The position numbers and the translations under genes were made by a program. DNA of 64,000 nt from Planctomycetota bacterium. GTDB lineage: Bacteria > Planctomycetota > UBA1135 > UBA2386. Numbering within the stretch: position 1 is the stretch's first letter; each line of letters begins with the position of its first letter. The stretch lies in NCBI GenBank assembly GCA_965228735.1, contig OZ245838.1, forward strand, positions 288,001-352,000. The letters run 5' to 3'. Below, in pieces: positions 61,312 through 64,000 of this stretch. The notes beneath the pieces were generated by a model, which was not told where the DNA came from, made no database searches, and saw nothing but the letters and a program-made list of their open reading frames with translations.

Positions 61312-62742
61312 ATGAACCTCCGTCCAGCCAACGTCCTTCTGCCCCTGACCATCGCGCTCTCGAGCAGCCTGCTCGCGCAGGGTCAGCACATGCTCTTCAC
61401 CACGATGCAGGCCGAGCAGACCGTCTCGGGCAGCGGCGGCACCGTGCTGTCGACGATCCTGCCGAACGAGATCGCCGTGGTCGAGTTCGGCAGCGCGTGC
61501 GCCGGCCTGTCGGCCGAGAAGTGGGCGCCGCGCACGATGTTCCACACCCAGGCGGGCGACACCGACGGCGACGACGCGATCTTCGAGAGCAACCTGTTCG
61601 GTCGCATCGACGCGGTCATCGCGGGGCTGCCCGGGATGGGGCCGACGAACCAGCGCACCGTCTACTACTCGGTCAGCGAGACCATGGGCGCGGTCGTCAG
61701 CGGCCTGCCCGCCTTCCGCCCGGGCGACGTCGCCCGCATCGCGCGCACGGGTGCTGGTCTCGACGGCCAGATCCAGTACTTCCTGCGCCAGGGCGACCTG
61801 CAGACCGCGCTCGGCCTGCCGGCCACGGCGCCGCCCGTGAACATCGACGCGTGCGCGTGGGGGCCGAACTTCGGCGTGTTCTTCTCGCTCGAAGAAGACG
61901 TCGTCTGCACGCTCGGCGGCGTCGCGACACTCGTGCAGGACGGCGACATCCTCGTGATCCCGCCGGCCGCCCTCGCGTGGAGCCCCAACCTGACCGTGGC
62001 GAGCACGGCGCTCGGCGGCGCCGTCGTCGTCCACACCGAGGCCGCCGTCGACCTGATGGTGCAGAACGCGCGGATCACGGATCGCAACGGCGTCTGCCAG
62101 AACCAGATCATCGACACCGACGCGCTCGAGATCGACCGCAGCGTCCCGGCCACGACGGTCATCGTCACCGCCGGCGTCACGATCCTCGTCCCCGAGCTCA
62201 TCTTCGCCGGTGAGTCGCTCACGGGCGGCGGCGTGCTCAACACGGCCGGCGGTGGCACGATCCACGTCGAGCCCTGCGGCCCGCTCGGCACGAACTGCAC
62301 GTTCGGCCCGACGTTCGGGCACCAGGTCGGGCTCAAGGAGACGTCGGCGGCGCAGGGCATGCCGAGCTCGCTGAACGCGATCGCGAAGGCGCGCGTCTGC
62401 CGCTTCGTGACCCAACCGCAGCAGCACCAGGTGCCCGTCGGCACGCCGATCGCGCTCGATATCGCCTCGCCGGGTGCTCTGACCTGGATCCTGCTGTCCT
62501 TCGCGCCGGCCGGCCCGGGCGCCGTGTCGCCGTCGCAGCCGTTCCCCTGGGGCTTCCTCTGCTACCCCGACTACTACGCGCTGCCGACCGTCGTGCTCGG
62601 CCCGATCCCGACCCCGACCGGCTTCGGCACCTACACCACGCCCGTGATCCCGTGGCCCGTCGACTTCGTGATGCAGGCCGTCACGATCACGCCCTCGGGC
62701 GCCATCGAGGCGAGCACGCCGTCGACCGTCGAGGTCTTCTGA
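61312..62742 (+). CDS. Secreted hypothetical protein, paralog 2
   Basis: Signal peptide ...SLLA|QG; shares long identical blocks with paralog 1 (e.g. EKWAPRTMFHTQAGD, CYPDYYALPTVVLGP, EASTPSTVEVF). Confidence 0.85.
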   Translation: MNLRPANVLLPLTIALSSSLLAQGQHMLFTTMQAEQTVSGSGGTVLSTILPNEIAVVEFGSACAGLSAEKWAPRTMFHTQAGDTDGDDAIFESNLFGRIDAVIAGLPGMGPTNQRTVYYSVSETMGAVVSGLPAFRPGDVARIARTGAGLDGQIQYFLRQGDLQTALGLPATAPPVNIDACAWGPNFGVFFSLEEDVVCTLGGVATLVQDGDILVIPPAALAWSPNLTVASTALGGAVVVHTEAAVDLMVQNARITDRNGVCQNQIIDTDALEIDRSVPATTVIVTAGVTILVPELIFAGESLTGGGVLNTAGGGTIHVEPCGPLGTNCTFGPTFGHQVGLKETSAAQGMPSSLNAIAKARVCRFVTQPQQHQVPVGTPIALDIASPGALTWILLSFAPAGPGAVSPSQPFPWGFLCYPDYYALPTVVLGPIPTPTGFGTYTTPVIPWPVDFVMQAVTITPSGAIEASTPSTVEVF

Positions 62743-62777
62743 GGGACCGGCGCGCCCTCGCGCGCCAGCCGAACGAC

Positions 62778-62815
62778 GAACGCGTCCTGTCGCCGGTTGG
62801 CGGCAGGGCGCGTTC
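62778..62815. terminator. Hairpin between convergent genes
   Basis: GAACGCGTCCTGTCGCC-GGTT-GGCGGCAGGGCGCGTTC, a 17-bp stem with G-U pairs. Confidence 0.5.
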
Positions 62816-62820
62816 TCGCG

Positions 62821-63579
62821 TCAGGACTCGTCCTCGTCGGCGAACAGCTCGCGCAGCACCGACTGCGGCTCGTTGAGGAACTGCCGCGTCACGCGCCAGT
62901 GGTCCGTCTCCGTGTAGTCGACGACCTCGATGCCGTCGTCGTCGAGCAGCCAGACCTCGGCGTCGGGGCACGCCATGACGATCGGCGAGTGTGTCGCGAC
63001 GACGAACTGCGAGCCCTGGCGCGCGAGATCGTGCATGCGAACGAGCAGCGCGAGCTGGCGCTGGGGCGAGAGCGCGGCCTCCGGTTCGTCGAGGATGTAG
63101 ATGCCATCCCCCTGAAAACGGTCGAGCACGAGCGCGAGGAACGCCTCACCGTGCGAGCGCGTGTGCAGCGACCCGCCGTAGCCGCGCGCGAGCTCGAGGT
63201 CGTCGACCTGGGTCGCCACGTTGTAGAACGACTCCGCGCGCAAGAAGTAGGTGTCGCTCGGGCGCCGCGGGCTGCGCACGAGGTTCAGGTGCTCGAACAG
63301 CTCGGAGTGCGTCGCCCGGGTCTCGAAGTTGAAGTTGCGACTGCCGCCCTCGGCGTTCATGCCGAGCGCCACGGCCAGGGCCTCGAGAATCGTCGACTTG
63401 CCGCTGCCGTTCTCGCCGACGAGGATCGTCACGTTCTTCTCGAAGCTGCGCCCGTCGAGGTCGCGCACCGCGGGCAGGTCGAACGGGTGCTCGCCGGCCT
63501 GGACGGCGGCGACCGTGAGTCCGATCCGGCGCACGAACACCCCTCGATCGATCCGCGGTTTGCGTCTGCGCTTCGTCAC
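62821..63579 (-). CDS. Stand-alone ABC/AAA_21-type ATPase (COG3910-like)
   Basis: VGENGSGKST, FLRAESF, RSHGEAF signature, ILDEPEAALSP, ATHSPI; GTG start. Confidence 0.88.
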   Translation of the reverse strand: MTKRRRKPRIDRGVFVRRIGLTVAAVQAGEHPFDLPAVRDLDGRSFEKNVTILVGENGSGKSTILEALAVALGMNAEGGSRNFNFETRATHSELFEHLNLVRSPRRPSDTYFLRAESFYNVATQVDDLELARGYGGSLHTRSHGEAFLALVLDRFQGDGIYILDEPEAALSPQRQLALLVRMHDLARQGSQFVVATHSPIVMACPDAEVWLLDDDGIEVVDYTETDHWRVTRQFLNEPQSVLRELFADEDES

Positions 63580-63644
63580 GGCGGGGACGATACCGGAACG
63601 GCTCGAGGCGTGCGGCGGTGGCGTACTGCGGTACCCTGGCGGAC

Positions 63645-64000
63645 ATGGCCACGTTGCCCCGGGAGCCGCTGCAGTTCGCCGCCGTGCGCGAGGACCCGCG
63701 CGTCGAGGAGACCGTGTTGCGGGACCAACCGGCGGCCCGCGTGCTGCTCATCGCCTCGGGCGGCTGCACCGCGCTCTACCTGCGCGCCCGCTTCCCCGAG
63801 CTCCAGCTCACGTTGGTGGAGCCGAACCCGGCGCAGGTCACGCACCTGCAGCGCAAGCTCGAAGCGCTCGCCGCGTTCGCCCCGGCCCGCTTCAACGTCG
63901 GGACCGCCGACCCGAACGGGCTGCAGGGCAGCGGCAACTTCGAACGGCTGTTCGCGGTGCTGCGCGCCGTGCTCGATCAGTTCGTCATCGATGCCGGCGA
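63645..64000 (+). CDS. DUF3419/BtaA-like SAM-dependent transferase, truncated by the window end
   Basis: MATLPREPLQFAAVREDPRVE...VLLIASGGCTAL...LVEPNPAQ...KL; frame stays open to 64000. Confidence 0.75.
   Translation, partial: MATLPREPLQFAAVREDPRVEETVLRDQPAARVLLIASGGCTALYLRARFPELQLTLVEPNPAQVTHLQRKLEALAAFAPARFNVGTADPNGLQGSGNFERLFAVLRAVLDQFVIDAG

Noticed and set aside
62821..63579. AAA_21 ATPase as part of an anti-phage system
   Set aside because: There is no adjacent nuclease, TOPRIM or other effector gene; it looks like the common stand-alone COG3910 type.

Overview
High-GC (~70%) bacterial chromosome segment. It is most likely from a Planctomycetota lineage (inference from a Planctomycete cytochrome-c domain, a MoxR/DUF58/BatA/vWA/PQQ/prenyltransferase-repeat cluster and a gspE-pilT-gspE arrangement). 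Housekeeping and envelope genes include slyD, folE, tRNA-Met(CAT), an agmatinase, moeA, lnt, a complete mreB-mreC-mreD-mrdA-rodA operon with an apparently duplicated MreC domain, eno, and S41 and M1 peptidases. The strongest signal is at 51.7-56.5 kb. A ~2.0-kb group II intron sits inside the left arm of a perfect 34-bp inverted repeat, and its EBS1/EBS2 sequences match that arm exactly. Its reverse-transcriptase gene is interrupted by an IS3-family and an IS256-family element, each with intact target duplications. Related GGTRCC-core palindromes occur at 12.1, 58.6 and 59.5 kb, the last two bracketing a DUF899 gene. Other candidates: an ECF-promoter-driven C-rich (anti-Shine-Dalgarno) small RNA at 10.75 kb, Gln at +1 after nearly every predicted signal peptide, a shared C-terminal domain on secreted proteins, tandem small proteins that may have an Sm fold, and several leaderless promoters. 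All family assignments come from motif recognition by eye; no database searches were run.
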